Of a stretch of 64,000 nucleotides of DNA, positions 9,147 through 17,981 are shown piece after piece. The stretch's first letter is position 1. Each line of letters begins with the position of its first letter. Source of the stretch: a virus; IMG/VR virus record IMGVR_UViG_3300045988_011398. The stretch is one strand, 5' to 3'. The notes below the pieces were generated by a model. The model had not been told where the DNA came from. It ran no database searches and saw only the letters and a list, made by a program, of their open reading frames with translations. Position numbers and translations under genes: made by a program.

Positions 9147-10094
9147 ATGAATAAGAATAATAAAACTAATAAACTGTTCATGGCATTTGCCACTGGTAAG
9201 GAATCCACAGAAGGTAATGTAGTAAAGAGATACATTGGAGTTGCTCCTGTATTTGTACTGGCAGTAAATCCTTCTAAGGCAGAGCTTGAGAAACTGTATG
9301 ACACAGAGCTTGAGAATGCTCCTGAGTATATGGGTGAGACTGAGATTGGTCAGGAAGGTGCTAAGTATAAAGTACCTCAGGTGAGACTTGATTTCATTGT
9401 GCAGACTGACCCTGAGAAGTCTAATGGCATTGACATGAAGACTAAGGTATCTTTCTTCCTTGCTAAGGAGGTAAGATACAACAGAGATGGTAGCAAAGTA
9501 CAGGTAATCAATAAGTATGGTGAGACTACTTGGCTTCCTATTGAGGATGCTAAGGCAGGTAGAGTACCTGAGAGTCTCAGTTGGTTTGAGCCTGCTGACT
9601 TCAGACCTGCATTTATTGGTGAAGAGGAACTCACTGGCTTTATCAAGGCTTATCTGAATATCCCTAACAAGTCTTACAGAAAGAAGAATGGTGAAGTAGT
9701 TGAACTGAAAGACAAGTCTGAGGCAGAAGCAAGACTTGACAAGATTCAGGACTACTTCAAGGGAGATTTCTCTGAGCTGAGAAATGTGATTGCACTTCAG
9801 CCTAAGAATAAGGTTAAGTGTATGTTCGGTGTAAGAACTACTGATGATAATAAGCAGTATCAGGCTGTTTATACTCAGAAGTTCTTGAAGAACAATATCA
9901 CTGATTACAGCAAGCTGGATGAGGAATTGCAGGAGAGAAAGGCTGCTGGTGCTTATCCTACTACAGAGTTCAGTGTGTGTGATTTGAAGGAGTATGCAGT
10001 AGAGTCCACTGATTTCAGTGGTAGTGCAGATGATGGTGATATGCCATTTGATGCACCAAGTACAGGTGCTCCCTCTCCTTGGTTTGGTAAATAA
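9147..10094 (+). CDS. Probable ssDNA-binding protein (T7 gp2.5-like)
   Basis: 315 aa, placed between the recombination ATPase and the primase. Acidic C-terminal tail with aromatic residues (DDGDMPFD...PWFGK), as in gp2.5-type SSBs. Weak call. Confidence 0.45.
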   Translation: MNKNNKTNKLFMAFATGKESTEGNVVKRYIGVAPVFVLAVNPSKAELEKLYDTELENAPEYMGETEIGQEGAKYKVPQVRLDFIVQTDPEKSNGIDMKTKVSFFLAKEVRYNRDGSKVQVINKYGETTWLPIEDAKAGRVPESLSWFEPADFRPAFIGEEELTGFIKAYLNIPNKSYRKKNGEVVELKDKSEAEARLDKIQDYFKGDFSELRNVIALQPKNKVKCMFGVRTTDDNKQYQAVYTQKFLKNNITDYSKLDEELQERKAAGAYPTTEFSVCDLKEYAVESTDFSGSADDGDMPFDAPSTGAPSPWFGK

Positions 10095-10116
10095 TAAAGT
10101 TTGTGAGGCATAAGAT

Positions 10117-11121
10117 ATGGCATTCAGTTCTGGTAAAAGTTCTGTGAGCCTTGAAGACATCCTAAGTAGAGTGACAGAAGCAGATATTCTGTCATACTAC
10201 TTGGGTATCACAGAGGTTCCTTGTATAATTCACTCTCCTCTGAGGGAGGACAGAAGACCATCATTTGGTTTATATTCTATTGATGGCAGGAGAATATTCT
10301 ATACTGATTTATCTACAAGAGATAGAGGAGGTCTGTTTGACCTGCTTGGTCAGATGTGGAATTGCAGTTATAAAGAGGTTCTTGAGAGAGTTAATGAGGA
10401 TATGTCCAAGTTTAAGGTAGGTTCTCATATTAAATCATATACTCCCTGTAATGTGATGACTGCAAACAGTTATAGCAAGACTACTGACCTTCAATGCAAG
10501 GTTAGGGAGTGGAGGAAATATGACATTGAGTACTGGGAATCCTATGGGATAACCTTAAAATGGCTTAAATATGCAGAAGTTTACCCCATATCACATAAGA
10601 TTGTCATAAAAGATGGTCATAAATATGTGTTTGGTGCTGATAGATATGCCTATGCTTATGTGGAGCATAAAGAGGGTAAGGTTACTCTCAAAATTTACCA
10701 ACCATTCAATAAGGATGGTTACAAGTGGAGTAACAAACATGACACATCAGTAATAAGCCTATGGACAAAAGTACCTGAGTATGGGGAGAGAATATGTATC
10801 TGCTCATCTCTCAAGGATGCACTTTGTCTATGGGCTAATACTGGTATTCCTGCTTTGGCTATTCAAGGTGAGGGATACAAAATGAGTGATACTGCTATTA
10901 GTGAACTCAAAAGAAGATACAAGCAAGTATTTATCTTATTTGATAATGATGAAGCTGGTCTCATAGATGGAGAGAAACTGTCAGCATCAACTGGGTTCAC
11001 TAATATAGTATTACCTAAATTTGAAGGAGGGAAGGATATTTCAGACCTGTATCATTCTCTTCAAGACAAAGAAAAGTTCAAAGAAATCATGATAGGTCTG
11101 TTCATTAACAAAAGTGTCTAA
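10117..11121 (+). CDS. DNA primase (degenerate CHC2 finger plus toprim domain)
   Basis: CIIHSPLREDRRPSF resembles the CHC2 primase zinc-finger motif. Toprim motifs ICICSSLKDA and ILFDNDEAG. Confidence 0.7.
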   Translation: MAFSSGKSSVSLEDILSRVTEADILSYYLGITEVPCIIHSPLREDRRPSFGLYSIDGRRIFYTDLSTRDRGGLFDLLGQMWNCSYKEVLERVNEDMSKFKVGSHIKSYTPCNVMTANSYSKTTDLQCKVREWRKYDIEYWESYGITLKWLKYAEVYPISHKIVIKDGHKYVFGADRYAYAYVEHKEGKVTLKIYQPFNKDGYKWSNKHDTSVISLWTKVPEYGERICICSSLKDALCLWANTGIPALAIQGEGYKMSDTAISELKRRYKQVFILFDNDEAGLIDGEKLSASTGFTNIVLPKFEGGKDISDLYHSLQDKEKFKEIMIGLFINKSV

Positions 11122-11141
11122 CATAAAAAAAAAACAATGCA

Positions 11142-11849
11142 ATGGAAGCAAGAAAAATTACAGTTGTTTCTACGAGAAATCAGAAGAAGAGTGTAATCAT
11201 GTCAGCAGCTACTACTTTGGCTGAATTGAAAGCTGACTTGAGACAGAATGGTATTGACTATAATGGTATGACCTTCTATGAAGGTACTTCCAAAGTAGAA
11301 TTGAAGGATGATGCTTCGGTTCTTCCTCATGATGTGCCTTACAAAGGTCAGACTACCAATGAGTTGGTATTCATGCTGACCAATACTAACAAGAAAATCA
11401 GAAGTGGTGCAGATATGAGCAGAGCAGATGCTTATGCTGCAATCAAAGCAAATGGCTTGCAGGAAGAGTGTGTAAAGAGATTTGGCAAGAACTTCACTAT
11501 GTGTAAGACTGCTGACCTTATTGCACTTGTAAATGAGAAGTCTGCACCTGCAAAAGAGCCTGTAAAAGAGACTCCTGCAAAGGAAGAGGAAGTAGCTGAA
11601 ACCAAAAAGGAGGAAGCTAAAGAACAGGCTGGCACTGCTGAGTGTGTAGATACTAAGGCAAGAGCTGCACTCTCCAGACTGCTTACTATCCTCACAGACA
11701 ATGGTACTCTTGAGGATGATGAAGCAGAGGAGATTGAAGACATTCTTGGTGGTAAAGTTGAAGTGGCTGCCTCTGAGGACTACAAGCCTTCTTCTGCATC
11801 TCCTTACTCTGATGATGAGATTGACAGAATGTTTGACTTTGCAAGATAA
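11142..11849 (+). CDS. Hypothetical protein with a ubiquitin-like-looking N-terminal region, SAP-like helices and an acidic tail
   Basis: 235 aa. Residues about 4-95 show a beta-beta-alpha-beta...beta pattern ending KKIRSG. The middle has helix-extended-helix segments, and the Glu/Lys-rich C-terminal half contains ILGG. Confidence 0.4.
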   Translation: MEARKITVVSTRNQKKSVIMSAATTLAELKADLRQNGIDYNGMTFYEGTSKVELKDDASVLPHDVPYKGQTTNELVFMLTNTNKKIRSGADMSRADAYAAIKANGLQEECVKRFGKNFTMCKTADLIALVNEKSAPAKEPVKETPAKEEEVAETKKEEAKEQAGTAECVDTKARAALSRLLTILTDNGTLEDDEAEEIEDILGGKVEVAASEDYKPSSASPYSDDEIDRMFDFAR

Positions 11850-11867
11850 GCAAAGTAGTGTTTAACT

Positions 11868-11909
11868 AATAGGTGGGTGGATAGAAATGTCCCCCACCTA
11901 TTTTTTTTT
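11868..11909 (+). terminator. Rho-independent terminator
   Basis: Stem aataggtggg (11868-11877) pairs with cccacctatt (11893-11902), followed by a T9 run (11901-11909). Confidence 0.8.
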
Positions 11910-11916
11910 ATTCTGT

Positions 11917-13203
11917 ATGAATGAATTAATAGAAAATAAAATAGAGGAACTGCATTCCCTACTTATGGATAAGCCTAATCAAGTGTTGACTATATTCAAT
12001 GACTTCTTTGGTGAGGATAAAGTAGATATGCAGGGATTTATGAGTGTTGATAAACTCAAGTCATGGCTTGATGTAACTCCTATCTCTGAGTATGCCTCAC
12101 GAGAGTCACTTGGTATGAGCAGGGAGGATTACAACACTTATGGAAGGCAGTCCTTAACTGACCTTAGAGGTGAGGTACTTGATTTAGTTCTTAGCCGACT
12201 TTGTAGTGGGTGGGTGGTGGATAGTATAGGACAGAAAAAATTTGGTTCAGGGTTCATACTTGTGCATTTTCCTCATGTGAGAATTACTAATGAGTATAAT
12301 AGATTTGTGGATATTAATCATTTGTATGCAAAGGTTAAGGTACTTCACAATGGCTCAATGAATGGCTATTTTGCTCTTAACAGAGCTGAATATACCTATC
12401 TTCATATTAGTAATGGGTATATGCACTCTCATGTAAGTAGTATTCCTACAAGTGACTTCACTCAGTTTCAGAACCCATGTACAGGAACTGGTCCTATTAA
12501 TGATACTATGTCCAATCTCAGTAGGGAATTTGATTCTGATATATGGAGGTTATTCTGTCTTGAATTGAGCAAGTATGTTGAGGTAGAATCCATTGCAGGA
12601 ACTCCTTATCATAGGTTAGAGAATCTTGGTACTTCAAATATGAGTGCTGGAGAAGGTGTATTCAAAGTAGTTAATCATCTTGACTATTATGGAGATGGTA
12701 TAGAAGGGATGATTAAAGACTTTGTTTCCTACTTTATCAAGCAGGGTAAACTGAAGTTCAACTATGCTAATGGGAGTTATTCCATTGGTATGTCTTTTAC
12801 TGAGTATATGCTTGTAATCAGTAATGAGTTCATTGATTGGTACAATAAGAAGTTCAATAACAAAGAATTGAGATATACCTTTGACACTCTCAAGAGGAAC
12901 AGTGTATTGAAGGAGGGTATCATAGCAAATAATAAAATTTATTATGAAAATTCCCGTCGCAATGTAAATTCATATGCAGCTTACAATGGTAAGAGGATGT
13001 GTACTTTCAAAGGCACAGATGTGCTTATCAATATTGTAGACCTCAATGAAGTGAAGGAGGATAACAAGTCCATCATACTCAATACCAATATAGCATTGTA
13101 CATATTATCAAAAATTCTCCGTGTAATTAATTATAGGTATGGAAAAGCAGAACAAAGAGACCAAGAAGGTAATAGAATTAGTGAAGAAGTCAGATACTTT
13201 TAA
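11917..13203 (+). CDS. Hypothetical protein (428 aa), first gene of the JAB-E1 cassette
   Basis: The ORF-track start at 11887 lies inside the terminator hairpin and T-run, so the start was moved to the ATG at 11917 (MNELIENK...). No family recognised. Contains MHSHV...NPCTGTGP. Confidence 0.55.
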   Translation: MNELIENKIEELHSLLMDKPNQVLTIFNDFFGEDKVDMQGFMSVDKLKSWLDVTPISEYASRESLGMSREDYNTYGRQSLTDLRGEVLDLVLSRLCSGWVVDSIGQKKFGSGFILVHFPHVRITNEYNRFVDINHLYAKVKVLHNGSMNGYFALNRAEYTYLHISNGYMHSHVSSIPTSDFTQFQNPCTGTGPINDTMSNLSREFDSDIWRLFCLELSKYVEVESIAGTPYHRLENLGTSNMSAGEGVFKVVNHLDYYGDGIEGMIKDFVSYFIKQGKLKFNYANGSYSIGMSFTEYMLVISNEFIDWYNKKFNNKELRYTFDTLKRNSVLKEGIIANNKIYYENSRRNVNSYAAYNGKRMCTFKGTDVLINIVDLNEVKEDNKSIILNTNIALYILSKILRVINYRYGKAEQRDQEGNRISEEVRYF

Positions 13204-14386
13204 GCTAATTATACCTGAAGAGGTTGAGAAGAAAATAAGATATATATGCCAGCAAATCTGGAAAGATGAATGGTCTGGCACTCTCTTCTATAAACCAGAA
13301 GGGAGATTTGAAGATGGCACTTTGGCTATCAGATGTGTGGATATTTATGTCATGGACATTGGAACTGCTGCTTATACAGAGTTTGACATGTCTCCTGATG
13401 TAATCAGCTATATGACTGATAATCCTGAGTTGCTTGATTGTCAGATGGGGCTTATTCACTCCCACAATAATATGAGTACTTTCTTCAGTGGCACAGATAC
13501 TGCTACTTTGAAGGAAGAAGGTATGGATAGAAATCACTTTGTATCTTTAATTGTCAATAATGAAGGTACATATACAGCAGCCATTACAAGAAAAGTAAAG
13601 GCTACAAAAACTATCACAGAAAACTTCTCCTATCCTACTTTTGAGGATGAAGAAGTAACAGATACCAAGACTTATACAGTAGAGAGTGAGGAACTTGAGT
13701 GGTTCTATTTGAAGATTGAATTTGAGAGGAGTGGGAGTCCCTTTCAGGAAGAACTCAAGGCAAGACTTGAGGAAATCAAGAAAGCCAAAGCAGAGAAAGC
13801 CAGACAACTTCCACCTAAACAACCTGCATATACTGGTGGGTATGGTAATTGGAAAGGTGGTAAACCTCAGCAAGGCACTTTGTTCCCTGAAGTTGGTAAG
13901 AAAGTGACACAATCTTACACAAGTCAAGTAGGTCCTGCTAATAAGATTGTCAAGAAGAGTGAGGATGAGCTTCCTTTTGATACAGACTATATTGACAATA
14001 AGATTTCTGGTGAAATACCTTATGGTTATATAGAGTTCAATAAGGAAACTATCAAATCACTTGTTCTTCAATTGATTACAGGAAGTATTATTATTCCTAA
14101 TGCAAGCAAGATTGATGTTAAGAAGTGGGCACAGGGTATGGTTCCTCTTTATGAGAGAAGATTTGGTAAAGGTGAGGAAGGAATGAAATTGTTCAAGGCA
14201 TGGGCTGAAGGATATATTGAGTTCCTATGTTGGTTCACTGAAGATGAGGCTCTTGAAGATATGGGATTGGATGATGATGAACTTGCTGCACTATGTGCTC
14301 ATGACATTATTGAAGAGCTTACCAAGTTGCCTGAGAATGTGTATATCAAAGAATACATTGACATTTTAGAAGGATATTTAAGATGA
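13139..14386 (+). CDS. JAB/MPN (JAMM) metalloisopeptidase-domain protein with a C-terminal extension
   Basis: Upstream Glu motif EWSGTLFY plus a complete JAMM motif HSHnnmstffSgtD (nt 13457-13498). About 250 extra C-terminal residues include a Lys/Glu-rich linker. Confidence 0.8.
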   Translation: MEKQNKETKKVIELVKKSDTFKLIIPEEVEKKIRYICQQIWKDEWSGTLFYKPEGRFEDGTLAIRCVDIYVMDIGTAAYTEFDMSPDVISYMTDNPELLDCQMGLIHSHNNMSTFFSGTDTATLKEEGMDRNHFVSLIVNNEGTYTAAITRKVKATKTITENFSYPTFEDEEVTDTKTYTVESEELEWFYLKIEFERSGSPFQEELKARLEEIKKAKAEKARQLPPKQPAYTGGYGNWKGGKPQQGTLFPEVGKKVTQSYTSQVGPANKIVKKSEDELPFDTDYIDNKISGEIPYGYIEFNKETIKSLVLQLITGSIIIPNASKIDVKKWAQGMVPLYERRFGKGEEGMKLFKAWAEGYIEFLCWFTEDEALEDMGLDDDELAALCAHDIIEELTKLPENVYIKEYIDILEGYLR

Positions 14387-15486
14387 ATGAAATAGAAGAA
14401 AGAAATAGCTTAGACCCAGAAGAGGTGGCTCAGAGTGCAACTGAGTCTGATATATCTTATGTAGGTGCTGTACAGCTCAATACAATACTTCTTGGTATAA
14501 GAGAAGGTATTATTCCTACCATTGAGCCTTATGATGAAGCCCCTCACACATACAAGCTGTACTTTAATGATGGGTTTATCCTTTACATTAATGAACATCA
14601 GTACAGTATGATAATTGAGGAAATCAGAAATCATGAAGGCACAGAAGAAGAACTTATTGAATCTCTTCCTGACAGTGAAGATTCTTCCCCTCTTTCAGAA
14701 GAAGAGGAAGAGTTGTTAGCACAGGTAGTGGAGGCAGCACACAATGAAATTCCCACAAACTCTGGCTCACTGCTTATAGATGAGTCTACTTCAAGATTCA
14801 GTTCTGCCATTTGGTATGAAGCAATTCAAAGGAAGACTGTTATACTTGCAGGTGTTGGTGGCATTGGCAGTTATGTGGGCTTCTTATTGGCAAGGATGAA
14901 ACCTGCTGCACTCTTTATTTATGACCCAGATATAGTTGAAACTGTCAATATGTCAGGTCAGTTATATAGTAGAGAAGATGTAGGGAATCCTAAGGTAAGT
15001 GCCCTCTCAGGGATGATTAGTAAGTATTGTGACTACAATAGTGTATTTGCAGTTCCTGAAAGATTTGATGAGTCAAATGATGCTTCTGACATTATGATTT
15101 GTGGCTTTGATAATATGGCTGCAAGAAAGACTTTCTTCAACAAGTGGTTAGACCATGTAAGAGGTAAGTCAGAAGCAGAAAGAGCTAATTGCCTGTATAT
15201 AGATGGAAGATTGGCAGCAGAAGAGTTCCAAGTACTCTGTATCAAAGGAGATGATGAGTTCAATATCAATAGATATGAGAAGGAGTTCTTATTCTCTGAT
15301 ATAGAGGCAGATGCAACAGTTTGTTCATATAAGCAAACTACATTCATGGCTAACATGATTGCATCTGTGATGGTCAATTTATTTGTGAACTTTGTAGCAA
15401 ACCAATGTGAGCCTCTTATTGATAGAGACCTGCCATTCTATACTACATACAGTGCAGAAACTATGTACTATAAAACTGAAGCATAA
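14383..15486 (+). CDS. ThiF/MoeB/E1-like adenylyltransferase with an N-terminal extra domain
   Basis: Rossmann loop ILAGVGGIGSYVG (nt about 14851-14868). Also DPDIVETVNMSGQ, matching the D.D.v..sNl.RQ region with Arg replaced by Gly, and an E1-type DNMAAR motif. An acidic linker separates a domain of about 110 aa at the N-terminus. Confidence 0.8.
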   Translation: MNEIEERNSLDPEEVAQSATESDISYVGAVQLNTILLGIREGIIPTIEPYDEAPHTYKLYFNDGFILYINEHQYSMIIEEIRNHEGTEEELIESLPDSEDSSPLSEEEEELLAQVVEAAHNEIPTNSGSLLIDESTSRFSSAIWYEAIQRKTVILAGVGGIGSYVGFLLARMKPAALFIYDPDIVETVNMSGQLYSREDVGNPKVSALSGMISKYCDYNSVFAVPERFDESNDASDIMICGFDNMAARKTFFNKWLDHVRGKSEAERANCLYIDGRLAAEEFQVLCIKGDDEFNINRYEKEFLFSDIEADATVCSYKQTTFMANMIASVMVNLFVNFVANQCEPLIDRDLPFYTTYSAETMYYKTEA

Positions 15487-16259
15487 TGGAGTATAGCTGG
15501 AGATATGAAAACACTCTGATGAGAGTATTTCTTGGGTGTGATGACACAGCAGTAAGTGATGTGTCTAATACAGAAACTACACTTGACAATCATAATGCCT
15601 TCAACAGATTATTTGTAATTGATGTGTCCTCAGATGAGATTGAGGTTCCTGTCTTTGCAAGGTTTGTTGTAGAGTCTGTGGTTAGGGGCAAGTTAGAGTT
15701 TCCATATATAACTCATACAAGTAAGATAGTCATTCCAATGTATGTGAATACATATAATCAGTCAAGGAGAACTGCTGATAGTATAGTGAATGACTTCTTC
15801 TCAAGAGTAAACTTCAATCAGAGATTGCAAAAAGTTACAACAAACAAAGGGGAAGTATATTATGGGGGCAAGGGAATTATATTGGACAAAGACTTCAATA
15901 TCCTGCTTCTGTGCACCATTGTTTGTAGGAGGATGGAACATAGGGGCAGACAAGTGATGTCTTATTACAAGCCTATGATTCATGTAAGCCCTCAGGTATT
16001 CTTGAGGGGTGAGGGTCTGGTAGACAAGTCCATTCTCAAAAAGATTATTCCTTTCTATGTATCACACAATATTGATTCAGTCAATACTCATGCTTATTTC
16101 AGGAGTGATATTCCTGAAGGAACTAAGCCTCAAATACTGATTGATGATGTAAGTAAGTTCATAGAAAATCCTGCCAAACCAACTCCTCAGAAATGCTCAG
16201 ATGATGTGCTGAATCAAATACTTGCAGATAATGCAGATGATGTGCTGAATCAGTTATGA
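15486..16259 (+). CDS. Hypothetical protein (257 aa) with a duplicated C-terminal tail
   Basis: TAATG-coupled to the E1-like gene and ATGA-coupled to the UDG gene. The C-terminus repeats DDVLNQ twice. Confidence 0.55.
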   Translation: MEYSWRYENTLMRVFLGCDDTAVSDVSNTETTLDNHNAFNRLFVIDVSSDEIEVPVFARFVVESVVRGKLEFPYITHTSKIVIPMYVNTYNQSRRTADSIVNDFFSRVNFNQRLQKVTTNKGEVYYGGKGIILDKDFNILLLCTIVCRRMEHRGRQVMSYYKPMIHVSPQVFLRGEGLVDKSILKKIIPFYVSHNIDSVNTHAYFRSDIPEGTKPQILIDDVSKFIENPAKPTPQKCSDDVLNQILADNADDVLNQL

Positions 16260-16933
16260 CACTTGAAGAGTATTTTGGCAGATGGATGAGGGTAATAGAT
16301 AAGAGGGAACTTGAATCTGTATTGAGCAAACTTGGGCCAGAATATAAGAGAAAACCTATTTGTCCTGCACAAAGTAATGTGTTTAAGGCATTTGAGGTTT
16401 GCCCTTATGATAAGCTCAAGGTTGTAATGTTGGGTCAAGACCCATACCCTCAGAAGGGAGTAGCTACTGGGATATTATTTGGCAATAAGGAGGGGACAAG
16501 AGATGAGGACTTGTCTCCTTCTTTGCAAATAATAAAAGAAGCTGCAATAAATTTTGAAATTCCACATAATTGTATTATCTTTGACCCCACATTAGAGAGT
16601 TGGGCAAAGCAAGGAATTTTGATGATTAATTCAGCTCTCACAGTAGAAATGAACAAGATAGGTTCTCATGTGATGCTGTGGAGACCATTCATAGCAAGTC
16701 TATTGAAGAAACTATCTGAGAATGAGACTGGTATAATTTATGTCTTATTTGGTAAACAGGCTCAGACATTCAAGCCTTATATCAATAAGCAGTTTAATAC
16801 TGTATTGGAGGAGAATCATCCTGCATATTTTGCAAGAACAGGTGAAGCAATGCCACATACAGTATTTGAACAAATCAGTAAACTGACAAAAGGAATGTAT
16901 GGGATGCCAATAACTTGGTATCAAGAATATTAA
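16256..16933 (+). CDS. ung: Uracil-DNA glycosylase (family 1-like)
   Basis: GQDPYP (nt 16433-16450, versus canonical GQDPYH), followed by GVATGILFG and a C-terminal HPAYFA (versus HPSPLS). Confidence 0.75.
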   Translation: MTLEEYFGRWMRVIDKRELESVLSKLGPEYKRKPICPAQSNVFKAFEVCPYDKLKVVMLGQDPYPQKGVATGILFGNKEGTRDEDLSPSLQIIKEAAINFEIPHNCIIFDPTLESWAKQGILMINSALTVEMNKIGSHVMLWRPFIASLLKKLSENETGIIYVLFGKQAQTFKPYINKQFNTVLEENHPAYFARTGEAMPHTVFEQISKLTKGMYGMPITWYQEY

Positions 16934-16954
16934 CTTTCTAAAAATAAAAAGAAA

Positions 16955-17530
16955 ATGGAAAAATTTATTTTGAAAAATGGTAAAGAGGTTAAGATGGGTG
17001 ACAAACTTATCAAGCATGGTGTAGCAGATACTCCCTTTGGTAAAGGGTTTATTATGCAGGAAATCATTGTAAATGAGAAGACTCTGCCTGAACTGATTAA
17101 GGCAGGTGTACTTACTCAGGTAAACTGTGCTCATGGTGCTGATTGTCCTTGCAGACATTGTACAAAGGGTGAAGTTCCTATGGACATGAACTTCTACATT
17201 GAGAAGATTGCAGCCAGACTTGGTTGGAAACCTGAGAAGGTCTATAACTATCTCAATAGTGTGGATTCAATTCTCCCTGCTGCTGCATTCTCTATGGTAC
17301 TCAGAGAGATTGCCATTGAGTTGGACAAGAAGTATGAAGACCACATTGAGAACAGCCCTGAGATTTATGTAATCTCTATGTTGGATGGTAGAATTACAAA
17401 AGCTAACAAGGCTCATATCAAGAACTACAGAAACTTTGCAGCATTCAGAACTATTGAGGATGCAAAGATTGCTTGTAGAATTGTAAAGCCTATTCTGAAA
17501 GAAATGTTCAAGAGTAAAGGTGGAAAGTAA
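16955..17530 (+). CDS. Hypothetical protein
   Basis: 191-aa ORF on the coding strand. Contains a Cys/His cluster (CAHGADCPCRHC). Confidence 0.45.
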   Translation: MEKFILKNGKEVKMGDKLIKHGVADTPFGKGFIMQEIIVNEKTLPELIKAGVLTQVNCAHGADCPCRHCTKGEVPMDMNFYIEKIAARLGWKPEKVYNYLNSVDSILPAAAFSMVLREIAIELDKKYEDHIENSPEIYVISMLDGRITKANKAHIKNYRNFAAFRTIEDAKIACRIVKPILKEMFKSKGGK

Positions 17531-17981
17531 TAACAAGAAAATAAAGGGTGCTACATCCATTGAGTACAATGGCATCAAATTTAAGAGTATCCTTGAATGT
17601 TCTTGTTATAAAAAGCTTGAAGCTGCTGGATTTGACTTCTCCTATGAGAGTGAGAGAATCACTCTCTGGGATGGAGTCAAACTTCAGAATACTCTGGTGT
17701 ATGCTCCTAAGAAGATAAGGGCTGGCAAGTATGGTAAGTTTCTTGAGCTACAGACAAGAGCATTATTGAGTACTACTTATACACCTGATTTTGTGGTTAC
17801 TAAAGGTAATTATAAAATCTATTTTGATGTCAAGGGTAAGGAGAATGATACTTATCCTATCAAGAAGAAAATGTTCCTCAAAACACTTGAGGAAAGGAAT
17901 GATGGGGTAAGATACATATTCTTTGAACCTCATAATGTGAGACAGATGTTGCAAGCTATAGAAATTATCAAAGAACTATGA
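17520..17981 (+). CDS. T7 endonuclease I-like Holliday junction resolvase
   Basis: S.LE...L...GF.F.YE followed by YTPDF ... FDVKG, the endonuclease I PD-(D/E)XK catalytic pattern. Apparent GTG start. Confidence 0.65.
   Translation: MESNNKKIKGATSIEYNGIKFKSILECSCYKKLEAAGFDFSYESERITLWDGVKLQNTLVYAPKKIRAGKYGKFLELQTRALLSTTYTPDFVVTKGNYKIYFDVKGKENDTYPIKKKMFLKTLEERNDGVRYIFFEPHNVRQMLQAIEIIKEL

Noticed and set aside
9141-10160. 339-aa minus-strand ORF fully overlapping the SSB-like gene. Similar antisense ORFs occur at 2338-2811, 6854-7411, 17976-18476 and 31833-32300.
   Set aside because: The translations are Leu/Ser/Ile/Cys-rich low-complexity sequence, typical of the antisense frame of AT-rich genes. 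They lack start context and motifs, and the sense-strand ORFs carry clear family signatures.
11887-11916. N-terminal extension MSPTYFFLFC of the 438-aa ORF in the ORF track.
   Set aside because: These codons are the right arm and T-run of a strong terminator hairpin. The ATG at 11917 is the credible start.
11917-13203. Calling the 428-aa protein an E2/UBC-like enzyme from MHSHV...NPCTGTG.
   Set aside because: The spacing and residues do not match the HPN-x(8)-C UBC signature. It is left as a hypothetical protein pending structure-based comparison.
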